DNA from: Paludibacteraceae bacterium
GTDB taxonomy: Bacteria; Bacteroidota; Bacteroidia; Bacteroidales; Paludibacteraceae
Reading direction: 5' to 3'
Assembly (NCBI GenBank): GCA_017412245.1
Contig: JAFPYI010000023.1
Span: 12,288-76,287, forward strand
Length of the DNA stretch: 64,000 bases
Part shown: positions 1 to 11,585 of the stretch, in pieces
Layout of the letters: the number at the start of each line of letters is the position of its first letter
Numbering within the stretch: the first letter of the stretch is position 1
Notes under the pieces: model-generated
What the model was told of the DNA's origin: nothing
The model's input: the letters and a program-made list of their open reading frames with translations, nothing else
Databases searched by the model: none
Made by a program: the position numbers and the translations under genes

Positions 1-217
1 TTCGCGCCAAATAGGTACAAATCTCCGCTTTATAAGTCTCTTCTTCTAACATTGAGACAGGCACCAATAATCGACGGAGCGGTTTGATTGTCATCGTATT
101 GGTAATAAATACATACGGCCGACGTTCATCTCTGCAATCGTTGAGATGATGCTGAATAGCGCGAGAATTATTCTCGCATTCGATAAGCCGTATATCTTCG
201 TTATTATCCCAAATCAT
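1..217 (-). CDS. hypothetical protein, first 72 codons only (gene runs off the left edge of the window)
   Basis: Hand translation of the minus strand from ATG 217..215 gives MIWDNNEDIRLIECENNSRAIQHHLNDCRDERRPYVFITNT... with no stop down to base 1. Its ATG overlaps the mltG stop (ATGA, 217..214), which suggests translational coupling. It is open-ended and so absent from the ORF track. No family recognised. Confidence 0.4.
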   Translation of the reverse strand, partial: MIWDNNEDIRLIECENNSRAIQHHLNDCRDERRPYVFITNTMTIKPLRRLLVPVSMLEEETYKAEICTYLAR

Positions 218-1260
218 TCTGTAATCTGCATTTGGTCCATGGTTTGCCGATATTCCGCAGCAGCCGCTGCATGGCCACTGAAAGAGGAAGAGAAAATATG
301 TGTTCCGCTCATGTCGGGATTGGCGCACATAAAGAGATAATTCGTTTTCGGTGCATTTAGTACCATATCCATCGTTTCAGGTGCCGGGCAACGAATAGGT
401 CCCGGTGGCAATCCCGGATATTTATAGGTATTATACGGATTATCAACTGCCAAATGACGATTGAGAATGCGTTTCAATTTGAAATCTCCCACAGCATATT
501 TAACAGTTGGACAAGCCTGTAGCAACATTCCTTTATGGACACGATTCAGATACAGGCTGGCAATAATCGGCATTTCTTTTGGATTATGACTCTCGCCTTC
601 CACAATAGACGCGATGATAGCCACTTCAACCGGCGTAACACCTATTGAATCGGCTTTGTGGCGACGAGTGGAGTTCCAAAACCTGTTGTATTCGTATTGC
701 ATACGCGCAAAAAGTTGGTCCGGTGTGATATTCCAAAGGACTTGATAAGTATTGGGAATAAACAAACAACGGCTGGTCTCCTTATTCAAACCGAATTGAG
801 CCATATACTCATTGCTATCCAGCAGTTGCAAGACTGTCAAACTGTCAATTTGTATATTACGCGTCACACGGCCGGCTAACTCTTCTCGAGTGCGCACATA
901 ATGATTCCAAGTAATATTAACCGGCGTCTGACGACCATATTTCAGTCGATCTATCAACTCTCGGTCACCTATTTGCGCAGGAAAAACATAATGTCCGGGT
1001 TCCGGATAATTGAACATCAGCATTCTTTTGTGCAAATAGAAATCATGCCGACTGCCTATATAATAATCGCTATCGAGCAATGCGAGCACCGAATCTATGC
1101 TTGCGCCTTTGTAGATGTTATAACTATGTTCTTTCCCGTCTTTGGAACGAAAATTACTTACCTGCAAACGGTAATACTGTTCAACAACAAAAGAGCCGGC
1201 TAATAGAATCAGCACACCAACACTCACCAATATGGTGCGAATGACATAACGTTTTTTCAT
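214..1260 (-). CDS. mltG: endolytic murein transglycosylase MltG (YceG-like)
   Basis: 348 aa. N-terminal membrane anchor (ILVSVGVLILLAGSFVV). Conserved C-terminal YceG signature ...NPYNTYKYPGLPPGPIRCPAPETMDMVLNAPKTNYLFMCA...GTHIFSSSFSGH. Confidence 0.9.
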   Translation of the reverse strand: MKKRYVIRTILVSVGVLILLAGSFVVEQYYRLQVSNFRSKDGKEHSYNIYKGASIDSVLALLDSDYYIGSRHDFYLHKRMLMFNYPEPGHYVFPAQIGDRELIDRLKYGRQTPVNITWNHYVRTREELAGRVTRNIQIDSLTVLQLLDSNEYMAQFGLNKETSRCLFIPNTYQVLWNITPDQLFARMQYEYNRFWNSTRRHKADSIGVTPVEVAIIASIVEGESHNPKEMPIIASLYLNRVHKGMLLQACPTVKYAVGDFKLKRILNRHLAVDNPYNTYKYPGLPPGPIRCPAPETMDMVLNAPKTNYLFMCANPDMSGTHIFSSSFSGHAAAAAEYRQTMDQMQITE

Positions 1261-1272
1261 AATTGTAAGGTT

Positions 1273-3882
1273 TTATTGTCCAACCAATCGTTTGATTTCC
1301 GATAATTTATTGAGTGCCTCCAATGGAGTCAAACTATTGATATCCAATGCTTTTACTTCGTCGCGTATTTGCTCCAATACCGGATCGTCCAGTTGGAAGA
1401 AACTCAATTGCATTCCTTCCCTATTCTCTCCGATAGCATCTATCGGTTTGGATATATGACCATCTTTGGCTGCATTCTCAAGGTCTGTCAATATCTGATT
1501 GGCACGTTCGATAATCGAATTCGGCATTCCGGCTAATTTGGCAACATGAATACCAAAACTATGTTCACTTCCACCACGAACCAGTTTGCGCAGGAAAATA
1601 ACCTTGCCGTTAACCTCCTTGACGGACACATTATAATTACGGATGCGTTCGAATGTCTTCTCCATCTCGTTCAGTTCGTGATAGTGAGTAGCGAATAGTG
1701 TCTTCGCATGACCTTTATTCTCATGAATATATTCCACTATTGCCCATGCAATCGAGATTCCGTCATATGTACTGGTTCCTCTTCCCAACTCATCGAACAG
1801 CACCAAACTGCGTTCGCTTAGATTATTAAGAATAGAAGCAGCCTCATTCATCTCTACCATAAACGTAGACTCACCCAAAGAGATATTATCGCTTGCTCCT
1901 ACACGGGTAAAAATCTTGTCTACCACACCTATCTGAGCGCTTTCTGCCGGAACAAAAGAACCCATTTGGGCCATCAGTACAATAAGTGCCGTCTGACGCA
2001 ACAACGCTGACTTACCGGCCATATTCGGACCGGTTATAATCACTATCTGCTGGCCGGAATTATCCAATAGCACATCATTCGCAATATATTGCTCGCCTGC
2101 TGGCAATTGTTGTTCTATCACAGGATGACGACCTTGACGAATATCGATTACCAGACTATCATTCACATCCGGACACACGTAACGGTTTTCGGTTGCCACA
2201 GTCGCGAAACTCAGCAAACAATCCAACTGCGCCAAGACTTGAGCATCCAATTGCATTTGCGGCACCCATTCGGAAAGTGCCAAAATGAGTTCCATGTACA
2301 ACCTATTTTCGATGATTTGAATCTGATCTTCTGCAGTAGTGATTTTCTCCTCATACTGTTTCAGTTCTTCAGTTATATATCGCTCTGCATTAACTAATGT
2401 TTGTTTACGAATCCACTCCGGCGGCACTTGCTCTTTGTACGCATTACGAACCTCCAAATAGTAGCCGAATACATTATTATATCCAATTTTAAGGCTCTGA
2501 ATTCCGGTTCGTTCACTCTCGCGTTGTTGAATTTGCAATAGATAATCCTTGCCATCGGTTTGAATAGCACGCAATTCATCCAATTCCGTATCTACTCCCC
2601 GTGCTATGATATTCGGTCTTCCTTGAGCAATCGGAGGATCAGGCATAATCTCTGTTTCTATGCGTCTACGCATCTCCGAACAAGCGTCTAACTCATCGGC
2701 GAGCAAAGAGAGATAAACATTGTCCTTGGCTTCACTACAGATTTGTTTGATAGGCACTACAGCTTTTAACGCGCGGCCCAATTGAACCATCTCACGCGGA
2801 TTAATTCGTCCCGTAGATACTTTGCTGACGATACGTTCAAAATCTCCGACTTCTTGCAATGCTTCCCGTAATGTCTCACGAGCTTCAGGATGACGATAGA
2901 GATGCTCCACAACGGTCTGTCGATTACGTATCGGACGCACTTCTTTGAGAGGAAACGCCATCCAACGGTGAAGCATACGTCCACCCATCGGAGTGATGGT
3001 TCTATCGATGATATCATATAAAGTACGGCTCTCTTCTGTTTGACCGTTCATCAATTCCAAATTACGAATCGTAAAGCGGTCCAACCACACATATTTATCT
3101 TCTTCTATTCGACTCAGATGTTGAATATGACCGGTCTGCAAATGTTGCGTCATATCCAAATACATCAATATACCTCCGGCGGCTGTCACACCAAAAGGAA
3201 TCTTCTCCAAACCGAGACCTTTAAGCGAATTCACGCCCCACAATTTTTGCAAACGCTCGCGGGCTGTGGATTCCACTAACATCCAGTCTTCCAACTCAAA
3301 GGTAAAGAATTTCGAGCCGAAGAGTTGTTCCATCATGGCTTTTTTACCACGCAAAATCAAAACCTCTTTCGGCGCAAAATTAGCTAACAATTTGTCGATA
3401 TAATCACTCTCTCCTTGCCCTGCTAAGAACTCTCCGGTGGAGATATCCAAAAAAGCAATACCTATTCCTTGTTTCTCAAAATGCAGACAAGCCACCCAAT
3501 TATTCTCTTTCTGCGTAAGAGTCGTGTCGGAATAACTGACACCCGGAGTAACTAATTCGGTTACACCACGCTTTACCAGTTTTTTAGTCAGTTTCGGATC
3601 TTCCAACTGGTCACAAATAGCCACACGCAAACCGGCACGAACTAATTTCGGCAGATAGGTGTCCAACGCATGGAACGGAAAACCGGCCATCTCGGAACTC
3701 TGCATACCACCGTTATTTCGGTGCGTAAGCGTTATTGCTAAAATTTTACTTGCCTTCACGGCATCCTCGCAATAGGTCTCATAGAAGTCACCGCAACGGA
3801 AAAGCAACATAGCATCAGGATATTGTTTCTTGATGTCATAAAACTGCTTCATCATCGGTGTTAATTCTTCTGTCTTTGCCAT
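1273..3882 (-). CDS. mutS: DNA mismatch repair protein MutS
   Basis: 869 aa. N-terminal mismatch-binding motif ([30 protein letters not shown]). Walker [14 protein letters not shown]. Motifs STFMVEMNE and [12 protein letters not shown]. Confidence 0.97.
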   Translation of the reverse strand: MAKTEELTPMMKQFYDIKKQYPDAMLLFRCGDFYETYCEDAVKASKILAITLTHRNNGGMQSSEMAGFPFHALDTYLPKLVRAGLRVAICDQLEDPKLTKKLVKRGVTELVTPGVSYSDTTLTQKENNWVACLHFEKQGIGIAFLDISTGEFLAGQGESDYIDKLLANFAPKEVLILRGKKAMMEQLFGSKFFTFELEDWMLVESTARERLQKLWGVNSLKGLGLEKIPFGVTAAGGILMYLDMTQHLQTGHIQHLSRIEEDKYVWLDRFTIRNLELMNGQTEESRTLYDIIDRTITPMGGRMLHRWMAFPLKEVRPIRNRQTVVEHLYRHPEARETLREALQEVGDFERIVSKVSTGRINPREMVQLGRALKAVVPIKQICSEAKDNVYLSLLADELDACSEMRRRIETEIMPDPPIAQGRPNIIARGVDTELDELRAIQTDGKDYLLQIQQRESERTGIQSLKIGYNNVFGYYLEVRNAYKEQVPPEWIRKQTLVNAERYITEELKQYEEKITTAEDQIQIIENRLYMELILALSEWVPQMQLDAQVLAQLDCLLSFATVATENRYVCPDVNDSLVIDIRQGRHPVIEQQLPAGEQYIANDVLLDNSGQQIVIITGPNMAGKSALLRQTALIVLMAQMGSFVPAESAQIGVVDKIFTRVGASDNISLGESTFMVEMNEAASILNNLSERSLVLFDELGRGTSTYDGISIAWAIVEYIHENKGHAKTLFATHYHELNEMEKTFERIRNYNVSVKEVNGKVIFLRKLVRGGSEHSFGIHVAKLAGMPNSIIERANQILTDLENAAKDGHISKPIDAIGENREGMQLSFFQLDDPVLEQIRDEVKALDINSLTPLEALNKLSEIKRLVGQ

Positions 3883-3884
3883 AT

Positions 3885-6338
3885 TTATCTCAAATCAATT
3901 GTTACTTTTAAATTATATCTCCGGCCGGTCAAATAATTCGGACTTGCCCATTGAAGATTATTTGCGTCAGCTACCCAAAAATAAGAGTTCACGTTCTTCC
4001 AACCTACAAGATTGAACACTTCAAACTGAATAGCCCATTGTTTCACATGTTTTGCACTCTCGGCGCGCATAAACTTTGCAGTCTTCTCGTTGAATGTATA
4101 GGTCGCTCCTATGTCGATACGTTTGTAAGTCGGCATACGACCCCATGATTGATTATTACGCGGCGCATAGAACGGTTGTCCCTCTGAGAATTGCATCTTC
4201 AAATGGAACTTCAACTGTGGCAATTGAGGTATATAGTCTTGGAACAACATCGAGAACGAATAGCGTTGTTCTTGAGGACTTGGAATCCATGCACTATTTC
4301 CTAATAACCGCTGTCGTGCAGTCATCGTTGAGAAAGAGATCCAACTATCTGCACCCGGCACCAGTTCTCCATACAGTTTCAAATCCAATCCGGCGGCATA
4401 ACCTTCCGAATCATTCACACCCGAATAACGCACACGCACATTGTCCACGCTGTAACTCTCCATCCGGTCGATATACTTGTAGTACGCCTCGGCCGTAAAC
4501 TTAAATGGTCTTCCCCATGCGCGGAAATAGTAGTCTCCACCCAATACAACATGCACGGAACGTTGTGCCTTGAGCGATTCATTCAAATCGATACGCGTGA
4601 TGCCATACTCATCCGTAATGGTGTCACGCAATTCTTTGTAGAATGGCGCTTGATAATAAAGTCCTGTCGCCAAACGGAAACAGAAATCACGTTTCCATCC
4701 GGGAATCCATTCTACGCTTGCACGAGGCGAAGGAAGCACTTCATTATTCCAACTCCACCATTGCAAACGACCGCCTACTGTCAATATCCATTGTCCCGAA
4801 CGAGTATTCCATTTATGCTGGTTTTGAATGTACGCTTGCACACGCGCAGAGCGAATCGTCGTATCGCCACGCATGGAATAATACAACTCCATGGATTTCT
4901 CGGTATTCGGAAGCGAATAACCGGCAGAATCGCGCCATTCCCATTCATTAATATGGTCTGCTATCAGTTCTGCCTGACCACTCACACCCCATGTAAGACT
5001 ATTCTGCCCGCGAGTCCATTCTCCGTTATGCGCCAATGTCACAACACCGGCTTGCAGACTGTTACGCGAGTGTTGATGAAAAACACCTATACCTAAAACG
5101 GAAGATTGACCTTCGGACGGATCTACCAATTCCGTATGCACATTACCAGCCGACTCACCATCCATAGACGCATTACTCAGCACATATTCACCCGTTATAT
5201 CGAAATTCTCACGCTCATTGGTATAAAAACCACTCACGTCAAAACCGATTTGCACCTCACGACTCACTTTGCCCTTAGCACTTAATGCCGCAAAAGCAGT
5301 CAAAAAACGGTCTTTCTCTTGGCCTTCGTAGTAGATATTCAGTCGTTTGGCATTTTGACCGCCAAAACTCTCACTCAAACTGTCCGGTTGGAAACGATAA
5401 TCATTCTGACTGACGTTTCCTAAAAATGACATTTGCCATGCAGGACCGGTTTTCCATGTAATAAAGGTCTGGTAATCAAAATAATTCGGTTGATAATTGC
5501 CGCTTGTAGCAAGTGCACCAAGCATATATCTGCTCGTCTTATAGCGAAAACCATGCATCATACTGTACGTACTGTCGCCATGGCCCACATATACTTGAGC
5601 GCCTAACAAACTGGCACTTAATGTCGCTTCAAATTTATCCGGACGCTTATAGGTTATATCCAAAACCGAAGACATCTTATCGCCATATTGTGCGCCATAA
5701 CCGCCGGCAGAAAAACTCACGTTCTCCACCATCTCCGGATTGACGAAACTCAATCCTTCCTGCTGACCGCTACGGATTAGCAACGGACGATGTACTTCTA
5801 TTCCGTTCACATAAACTTCATTCTCGTCAAACGAACCGCCGCGCACATTATATTGACTACTCAATTCATTCGTCTGACTCACTCCGGCAAAAGTAATCAG
5901 CAGACTCTCAATAGAACCGCCTGTGGCATCAGGCATCACGCGAGTAGCTTCTGCGTCAATTCTATCCATCGTACCTTGTGTGTGCTTGATTCCACGAACT
6001 TCAATCTCCGTCAGCAATTGTTCATCCGTCAGCAATTGCACATTCACATTAAGCACATCGCGCAAGTCGATAATTCGCTGCTGAACGCTCGTATAACCTA
6101 TCATCGAGAACGAAAGCACTACTGTATCGGACTCTTCTAACAGCAACTCATAATAACCGTTTTTGTTGGTACTCGTTCCTATCGGTTTATCTGCATTCAG
6201 CACAACCACGTTTGCCAATTCTATTCCGATATTATCTTGGTCTACCACATACCCATACACGCGTGCGTTGCGCGCGTACAAAGAAGCACACAAAAAAAGC
6301 AGCAACAAAAAGTTTACTATTTTTAAGATTTTGCTCAT
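3885..6338 (-). CDS. TonB-dependent outer-membrane receptor with N-terminal carboxypeptidase-regulatory-like domain
   Basis: 817 aa. Signal peptide, then the pattern YGYVVD...GIELANVVV...TNKNGYYEL typical of the CarboxypepD_reg fold. A plug-like region (GGSIESLL...[20 protein letters not shown]) follows, then a long barrel ending in an aromatic-rich C-terminus. Confidence 0.82.
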   Translation of the reverse strand: MSKILKIVNFLLLLFLCASLYARNARVYGYVVDQDNIGIELANVVVLNADKPIGTSTNKNGYYELLLEESDTVVLSFSMIGYTSVQQRIIDLRDVLNVNVQLLTDEQLLTEIEVRGIKHTQGTMDRIDAEATRVMPDATGGSIESLLITFAGVSQTNELSSQYNVRGGSFDENEVYVNGIEVHRPLLIRSGQQEGLSFVNPEMVENVSFSAGGYGAQYGDKMSSVLDITYKRPDKFEATLSASLLGAQVYVGHGDSTYSMMHGFRYKTSRYMLGALATSGNYQPNYFDYQTFITWKTGPAWQMSFLGNVSQNDYRFQPDSLSESFGGQNAKRLNIYYEGQEKDRFLTAFAALSAKGKVSREVQIGFDVSGFYTNERENFDITGEYVLSNASMDGESAGNVHTELVDPSEGQSSVLGIGVFHQHSRNSLQAGVVTLAHNGEWTRGQNSLTWGVSGQAELIADHINEWEWRDSAGYSLPNTEKSMELYYSMRGDTTIRSARVQAYIQNQHKWNTRSGQWILTVGGRLQWWSWNNEVLPSPRASVEWIPGWKRDFCFRLATGLYYQAPFYKELRDTITDEYGITRIDLNESLKAQRSVHVVLGGDYYFRAWGRPFKFTAEAYYKYIDRMESYSVDNVRVRYSGVNDSEGYAAGLDLKLYGELVPGADSWISFSTMTARQRLLGNSAWIPSPQEQRYSFSMLFQDYIPQLPQLKFHLKMQFSEGQPFYAPRNNQSWGRMPTYKRIDIGATYTFNEKTAKFMRAESAKHVKQWAIQFEVFNLVGWKNVNSYFWVADANNLQWASPNYLTGRRYNLKVTIDLR

Positions 6339-6345
6339 TTATAGG

Positions 6346-6404
6346 GTGAACGAAACTTTATCGGGGTTTGAACGTGGTTTGAACGTAGTTTAAACCTGGT
6401 TAAC
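6346..6404 (+). repeat. divergent copy (F) of the 11-bp-phased repeat element, in the leader/promoter region of the TonB-dependent receptor gene
   Basis: GTGAACG-aaacttTATCGgG followed by ggtttgaacgt / ggtttgaacgt / agtttaaacct / ggttaac. That is a left terminus resembling copies A and B, plus three and a half units of exactly 11 bp. The unit sequence differs from the TCGA consensus. Confidence 0.45.
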
Positions 6405-6427
6405 AAAACACAAAATATACACGATTA

Positions 6428-7066
6428 TTAAGATTTTCTGATTTCGGATGCTAAGTTTTGATTTATTTCTTCTATATACGCAATTAGTTCTTCTCCGCCC
6501 AAACGAGTCTCGGCAGAAGTAACAAAGACCGGTGGTAATTCTTCCCACTCTTCCAACAAACGGTTTTTATATGCCTCCACATTTTCCTTCAAACGAACTT
6601 TGCCTAATTTGTCACCTTTCGTAAACACTAAGGCAAAAGGCACACCATTCTCGCCCAACCAACTGATAAAATCCAAATCTATCTGCTGCGGTTCATGCCT
6701 GCAATCAATCAGCACAAACAAACACACCAATTGCTCACGCAGCAAACAATAGCGCTCTATCATCCGCCGTAATGCTTCTCGTTGTTTCTGACCCGCTTGC
6801 GCATAACCATAACCCGGCAAATCTACCAGATGCCATGTTTGACTGCCGACAGACGCCAATTCGCTTACAACTTCAAAATGATTGATTAGCAACGTCTTAC
6901 CGGGTTTTTGACTGGTCTTGGCTAATTTCGGATTACGGCACAGCATATTAATAAGGCTCGATTTACCAACATTACTGCGGCCAATAAACGCGTACTCCGG
7001 CAAACTGCTTTTCGGGCAACTTGCCACATCCGGATTGGAAATAATATATTGTGCGCTTTTAATCAT
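6428..7066 (-). CDS. engB: ribosome biogenesis GTP-binding protein EngB/YihA/YsxC
   Basis: 212 aa. G1 motif [12 protein letters not shown]. Motifs DLPGYGYA and TKGDK. The start overlaps the cstA stop by 4 nt. Confidence 0.92.
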   Translation of the reverse strand: MIKSAQYIISNPDVASCPKSSLPEYAFIGRSNVGKSSLINMLCRNPKLAKTSQKPGKTLLINHFEVVSELASVGSQTWHLVDLPGYGYAQAGQKQREALRRMIERYCLLREQLVCLFVLIDCRHEPQQIDLDFISWLGENGVPFALVFTKGDKLGKVRLKENVEAYKNRLLEEWEELPPVFVTSAETRLGGEELIAYIEEINQNLASEIRKS

Positions 7067-8598
7067 TTATTTTTATTTTTCTGTCTTCTTGCCCAAGTCA
7101 GGAATCCAAAGAAACATCCAACAGTTACTAAACCGGCGATTAGATATCCTAACCAGCGTTTGTCGGGAGTAATATTCAATCCTTCCGGAGCTATCAAGAT
7201 ATAACTGCTGCACACCATCGTCATAAATAGTGCCGGTACCAAAGCAATCACATATCCAAAATGATGTTTTTTGTTCGGTTCTTGATCACTTATTCCTTTC
7301 TTGTATAACCATATAGTTCCCGCCCACAAAGTAAATACTGCCAATGTCTGGTTCGTCCACGCAAAATAACGCCATACAATATTAAAATCCACAAAGACCA
7401 TACCAAAAACGCAGGCAAAAAGCGGGATAGCTATCATAAGACGTTTGGGTATCGGACGTTGGTCTAAATTGAAATAATCCGCAACAATCAGTCGTGCACT
7501 TCTTAATGCTGTATCGCCACTCGTAATAGGCGCGGCTATAACTCCTACGATGGCTAAAATGCCACCAACCATTCCTAACCATGAACGACTCACTTTGTCA
7601 ATGACCAACGCTGCAATATTCTCTCCCGGATGTGCCGCAGCAAAAGCCTGCAATCCGTCTATGCCGTAAAGTCCTTTTTCCGGATCGGCAAAGAATGTTC
7701 CTGCTGCAGCGGCCCAGATAAGTGCCAAAATTCCTTCTGCCACCATCGCACCATAAAAAATCCAACGGCCTTGACGTTCATTCGTCACACAACGTGCCAT
7801 AATCGGACTTTGCGTGCCATGAAAACCGGAAATAGCGCCACAAGCAATACTAACGAACATCATCGGAAATAAGGGCAATCCATTTGTCTGTCGGTTATGC
7901 AAGCCATCAAACACTTCCGGCATTTCCGAACTATGCCAACCTAACATCGCAATCATGATTCCCACACCCATGAACAGCAATATTCCGCCAAAAATAGGAT
8001 AGAAACGACCTATCAGTTTATCCACAGGAAGAACAGTTGCTAAAGCGTAATAACCGAAAATTATCAACACCCACACAATAGGAATCTGATGAATAATCCC
8101 AGAACGTTCCAATCCGTACGAACCAAGCGGAGCAAGACCTTGCAGCAAAGTAGCAGGACCGCTCAAAAAAGTCGTTGTCAGTAATATTAGAAGCACTAAC
8201 GTCAAGACGCGAATAAACATCTTCAAGCCAGCTCCTTTTCCTAACTCATCACCAATGATGTTTGGAAGTGATACTCCGCCTTTGCGAATGGAAAGCATTC
8301 CACTCAAATAATCATGTACTCCTCCGGCAAAAATCGTTCCGAACACAATCCAGAGAAATGCAGCAGGACCATAGAATATTCCCATAATAGCTCCGAAAAT
8401 CGGACCTAATCCTGCTATATTCAAGAATTGAACCAGAAACACACGCCATGGAGCCATCGGCACAAAATCCACTCCATCCGTCTTCGTCAATGCCGGAGTT
8501 TTACGCTCCGGTTCTATGCCAAACACATGTTCTACTAAAGTGCCGTAGGTAAAAAATCCTACCACCAATAATATTAATGCGATAATAAATGTAATCAT
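7063..8598 (-). CDS. cstA: carbon starvation protein A (CstA family peptide/pyruvate transporter)
   Basis: About 511 aa polytopic membrane protein with the typical CstA N-terminus (...[12 protein letters not shown]...[10 protein letters not shown]...[21 protein letters not shown]). The track start 8607 is TTG. I prefer ATG 8598 (MITFIIAL...). Confidence 0.88.
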   Translation of the reverse strand: MITFIIALILLVVGFFTYGTLVEHVFGIEPERKTPALTKTDGVDFVPMAPWRVFLVQFLNIAGLGPIFGAIMGIFYGPAAFLWIVFGTIFAGGVHDYLSGMLSIRKGGVSLPNIIGDELGKGAGLKMFIRVLTLVLLILLTTTFLSGPATLLQGLAPLGSYGLERSGIIHQIPIVWVLIIFGYYALATVLPVDKLIGRFYPIFGGILLFMGVGIMIAMLGWHSSEMPEVFDGLHNRQTNGLPLFPMMFVSIACGAISGFHGTQSPIMARCVTNERQGRWIFYGAMVAEGILALIWAAAAGTFFADPEKGLYGIDGLQAFAAAHPGENIAALVIDKVSRSWLGMVGGILAIVGVIAAPITSGDTALRSARLIVADYFNLDQRPIPKRLMIAIPLFACVFGMVFVDFNIVWRYFAWTNQTLAVFTLWAGTIWLYKKGISDQEPNKKHHFGYVIALVPALFMTMVCSSYILIAPEGLNITPDKRWLGYLIAGLVTVGCFFGFLTWARRQKNKNK

Positions 8599-8617
8599 AG
8601 CACACAATTTTGCGCTG

Positions 8618-8649
8618 CAAAATTACTACAAAAAACTTGAATTTCCAAA
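8618..8649 (-). promoter_or_regulatory. Bacteroidota sigma-A type promoter for cstA-engB
   Basis: The minus strand reads TTTG(gaaattcaagttttttgtag)TAATTTTG. The -33 TTTG start and the -7 TAnnTTTG start are exactly 24 nt apart. The -7 box ends about 20 nt before ATG 8598. Confidence 0.6.
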
Positions 8650-8665
8650 TAAATTGGAAAAAAAA

Positions 8666-9286
8666 TTACAAGAAAAGGAGAAACATGGCTATCGTATGAC
8701 TCATCGACCCAAGAATGATGAAGACATGCCAAATAGCATGATAAAAAGCACGCTCTTCATCCAATCGAAAGAAATAAGCTCCGATAGTATAAAAAACTCC
8801 TTCTGCCACCACCCACCAGAAAGCAGAATGAGGCATCTCTCGCCACATAGGAACGATTATCAATAATGCGACCCATCCCATTATCAGATAAAGCGCTAAT
8901 GATAATTTAGGATGTTTTCCTAAAGCAACCATTTTCCCTACAATTCCGGCAATAACGCATAGCCATAGAAAGACAAACAAACTCCATCCTGCCCAACCGC
9001 CGACCACGGAAAGACAGATAGGAGAATAACTGCCGGCTATCATCACATAGATTGCAATATGGTCTAACACACGCAACCGGTATTTGTGAATCGGTTCGCT
9101 TACAGCATGATAAATCGTGGACGAAGCATACATCAATACTTGCCCCGCGAGAAATAAACATATTCCTATTATTGCCACTACCGATTGTGTACTGACCACC
9201 AACCGCAATAAAGGATAAATCACACCAACAGATGCAATCAATGCCGGTAGATGAGTATAAGTATTTGCACGTTCTTCTGCTGTCAT
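8666..9286 (-). CDS. hemolysin III / PAQR family membrane protein (TrhA-like)
   Basis: 206 aa with seven predicted TM segments. Family motifs N..TH (ERANTYTHLP), ASSTIYH, DHIAIY and HAIWHVFI. Confidence 0.85.
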   Translation of the reverse strand: MTAEERANTYTHLPALIASVGVIYPLLRLVVSTQSVVAIIGICLFLAGQVLMYASSTIYHAVSEPIHKYRLRVLDHIAIYVMIAGSYSPICLSVVGGWAGWSLFVFLWLCVIAGIVGKMVALGKHPKLSLALYLIMGWVALLIIVPMWREMPHSAFWWVVAEGVFYTIGAYFFRLDEERAFYHAIWHVFIILGSMSHTIAMFLLFL

Positions 9287-9302
9287 TCTGCAAAATTTGT
9301 TG

Positions 9303-9350
9303 CAAAATTACAAAAATGTTTGCATATATGCAAATTTTTTCGTACCTTTG
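9303..9350. promoter_or_regulatory. symmetric bidirectional promoter module (hlyIII-like gene leftward, galK operon rightward)
   Basis: CAAAATTA-caaaaatg-TTTGCATATATGCAAA-ttttttcg-TACCTTTG. A perfect 16-bp palindrome (9319-9334) supplies a -33 TTTG on each strand. Each TTTG lies exactly 24 nt from a -7 TAnnTTTG box (TAATTTTG on minus, TACCTTTG on plus). Confidence 0.65.
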
Positions 9351-9395
9351 TCCCGCAAATGTGTGCATTTAATTTAAAATAAAATATATTCTACT

Positions 9396-10577
9396 ATGAC
9401 AACACAAGAGTTGCAACAGGCTTTCGAACAAGCCTATGGCCGCAAGGCTGAGAAAATCTATTTTGCTCCCGGGCGCGTTAATCTAATTGGAGAACACACC
9501 GACTATAACGGAGGTTGCGTTTTTCCTTGTGCTTTAAGTTTCGGCGCATGGTTATTGATTGCTAAGAACAACGACAAAGTATTGCGTTTCCGTTCTCTCA
9601 ATATGCCGCAAGTGTACGAGATTGCCTTAGATGCCATCAAACCACAAGCAGACCGCGCGTGGTGCAATTATTCTCTCGGATGTATGGAAATCATCCATCG
9701 TCGTCATCCGGAGGCTAAACTCGAAAGCGGTTATGACTTGCTCTATTACGGAAATGTCCCGGCAGGAGCAGGACTGAGCAGTAGTGCTGCTATGGAAGTT
9801 GTTACAGCACGTGCGTTTACAGAAGAAATGGGTTGGAAAGATGCAGACGATAAGAAATATCGTACAGAATTAGCACTTATCGGTCAGGCTTGCGAGCATG
9901 AATATGCAGGTGTGATGTGCGGAATCATGGACCAATTCGCTTCGGCACAAGGCAAAAAAGATCATGCTATCTATCTCAACTGTGACACTCTCGACTTTGA
10001 GCACGTGCCGGTTAAACTGAATGGCATTAAAGTGGTTATCACCAATACACATAGTCCGCACCATTTGGATTCTGGCGCTTATAACGACCGTGTTCGTCAA
10101 TGCAAAACAGCAGTAGAGCAAATCTGCAAAGTAAAACCGATTAAGTTCTTAGCTGAACTTTCTCCTGAGGATTGGGAGACAGTAGAAAGCGCTATTACCG
10201 ATCCTATAGCAAAGAAGCGCGCGCGTCACGTGGTAGGAGAAGTAGCTCGTACTTCCGCTGCCGTAGAGGCATTAAAGAAAGGAGAAATCGAGTACTTTGG
10301 AGAATTGATGACTGCAAGTCATATTTCGCTTCGCGACGATTATGAAGTAACCGGTCCTGAATTAGACGCTCTGGCAGAAGCTGCATGGCAAGTGGACGGA
10401 GTTTTAGGAAGTCGTATGACCGGTGGTGGTTTTGGCGGATGTACCGTAAGTCTGGTGCGCGACGAAGCCATTGACGCATTTAAGAAATTCGTAGGAGAAG
10501 AGTACGAGAAGAAAACAGGTCTGAAAGCTGATTTCTACGTAGCAGAGATTGGTGATGGTGTTATGCGTTTAGCATAA
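9396..10577 (+). CDS. galK: galactokinase
   Basis: 393 aa. Galactokinase signature GRVNLIGEHTDYNGG. GHMP kinase motif PAGAGLSSSAA. C-terminal motif GSRMTGGGFGGC. Confidence 0.96.
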   Translation: MTTQELQQAFEQAYGRKAEKIYFAPGRVNLIGEHTDYNGGCVFPCALSFGAWLLIAKNNDKVLRFRSLNMPQVYEIALDAIKPQADRAWCNYSLGCMEIIHRRHPEAKLESGYDLLYYGNVPAGAGLSSSAAMEVVTARAFTEEMGWKDADDKKYRTELALIGQACEHEYAGVMCGIMDQFASAQGKKDHAIYLNCDTLDFEHVPVKLNGIKVVITNTHSPHHLDSGAYNDRVRQCKTAVEQICKVKPIKFLAELSPEDWETVESAITDPIAKKRARHVVGEVARTSAAVEALKKGEIEYFGELMTASHISLRDDYEVTGPELDALAEAAWQVDGVLGSRMTGGGFGGCTVSLVRDEAIDAFKKFVGEEYEKKTGLKADFYVAEIGDGVMRLA

Positions 10578-10589
10578 TTTAGATTGCTC

Positions 10590-11585
10590 ATGAAACAAAT
10601 ACAATTCTATACCATCCGCAGTAAAAGCGGACTGGTAGCTGAGATAAGCACTCTCGGAGCCAAAATAACCAAACTGATTGTTCCTAACGACAAAGGCGAG
10701 AAAAAAGATGTTGTTCTCGGGTTTAATACTGCAGAAGACTGGCAACAGAAAGAGACATACTTCAATGCCATTTGCGGACGAGTAGCTAATCGTATTAAGG
10801 ACGGCAAATTCAGCTTGGACGGGCGAAACTATCAGTTACCAATCAATAACGGCACAAACAGTTTGCACGGAGGAGTAGAAGGTTTTAATGCCAAATTATG
10901 GGATGTAACTGCACAAAGTCTCTTTGAGATAACACTTCATTACCGCGCTAAAGACGGTGAAGAAGGATATCCGGGCAATGTGGATATTTGGGTAACTTAT
11001 ACTGTCACCAAGGATAATTGTTTACGCATCCACTATGAGGCAAAAACAGACCAACCGACTTTGGTTGCCATGACTAACCATGCGTATTTCAATCTGGCAG
11101 GCGAAGATAGCGGTCGTGTGGATGAACATATTCTGCAGATTAATGCCGATTATTATACGCCTTTTGACGAAACAGCTTGTCCTACAGGCGAGATTTTGCC
11201 GGTAGACGGCACTCCTATGGACTGGAGAAAACCGGTACGAATTGGTGACAGAATTAACGATCCGTTTTTTGCTCCCGGAAGAGGAGTGGACAACAACTGG
11301 TGTTTATGCGAAGGCAATGCTCCAAAAGAATTGCGTCATGCAGCTACATTACAAGCTGACGGGCGAACAATGGAGTGTTGGACGACGATGAAAGGACTGC
11401 AAGTCTATACCGGCAATTGGGTAGAACAGAATATCGGCAAAGGCGGAAAGCTGTACGACATACAACACGCCGTTTGTTTAGAAGCGCAAAACTGGCCTGA
11501 TAGCATCAATCATGCCAACTTCCCGAACATTGTTCTTCGACCGGGTGAAAAACTTGACGAAACAACAGAATATCGGTTTGTATGA
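10590..11585 (+). CDS. galM: aldose 1-epimerase (galactose mutarotase)
   Basis: About 331 aa. Motifs NAICGRVANRIKDGKFSLDGRNYQL..NNG.NSLHGG and NHAYFNL. The track start 10584 is TTG; ATG 10590 (MKQIQF...) is preferred. The stop overlaps the next gene's ATG (ATGA). Confidence 0.9.
   Translation: MKQIQFYTIRSKSGLVAEISTLGAKITKLIVPNDKGEKKDVVLGFNTAEDWQQKETYFNAICGRVANRIKDGKFSLDGRNYQLPINNGTNSLHGGVEGFNAKLWDVTAQSLFEITLHYRAKDGEEGYPGNVDIWVTYTVTKDNCLRIHYEAKTDQPTLVAMTNHAYFNLAGEDSGRVDEHILQINADYYTPFDETACPTGEILPVDGTPMDWRKPVRIGDRINDPFFAPGRGVDNNWCLCEGNAPKELRHAATLQADGRTMECWTTMKGLQVYTGNWVEQNIGKGGKLYDIQHAVCLEAQNWPDSINHANFPNIVLRPGEKLDETTEYRFV

Noticed and set aside
146-340. 64-aa plus-strand ORF at the left edge.
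   Set aside because: It overlaps the 3' end of mltG and the 5' end of the open-ended minus-strand gene, has no recognisable features, and the minus-strand genes explain the region.
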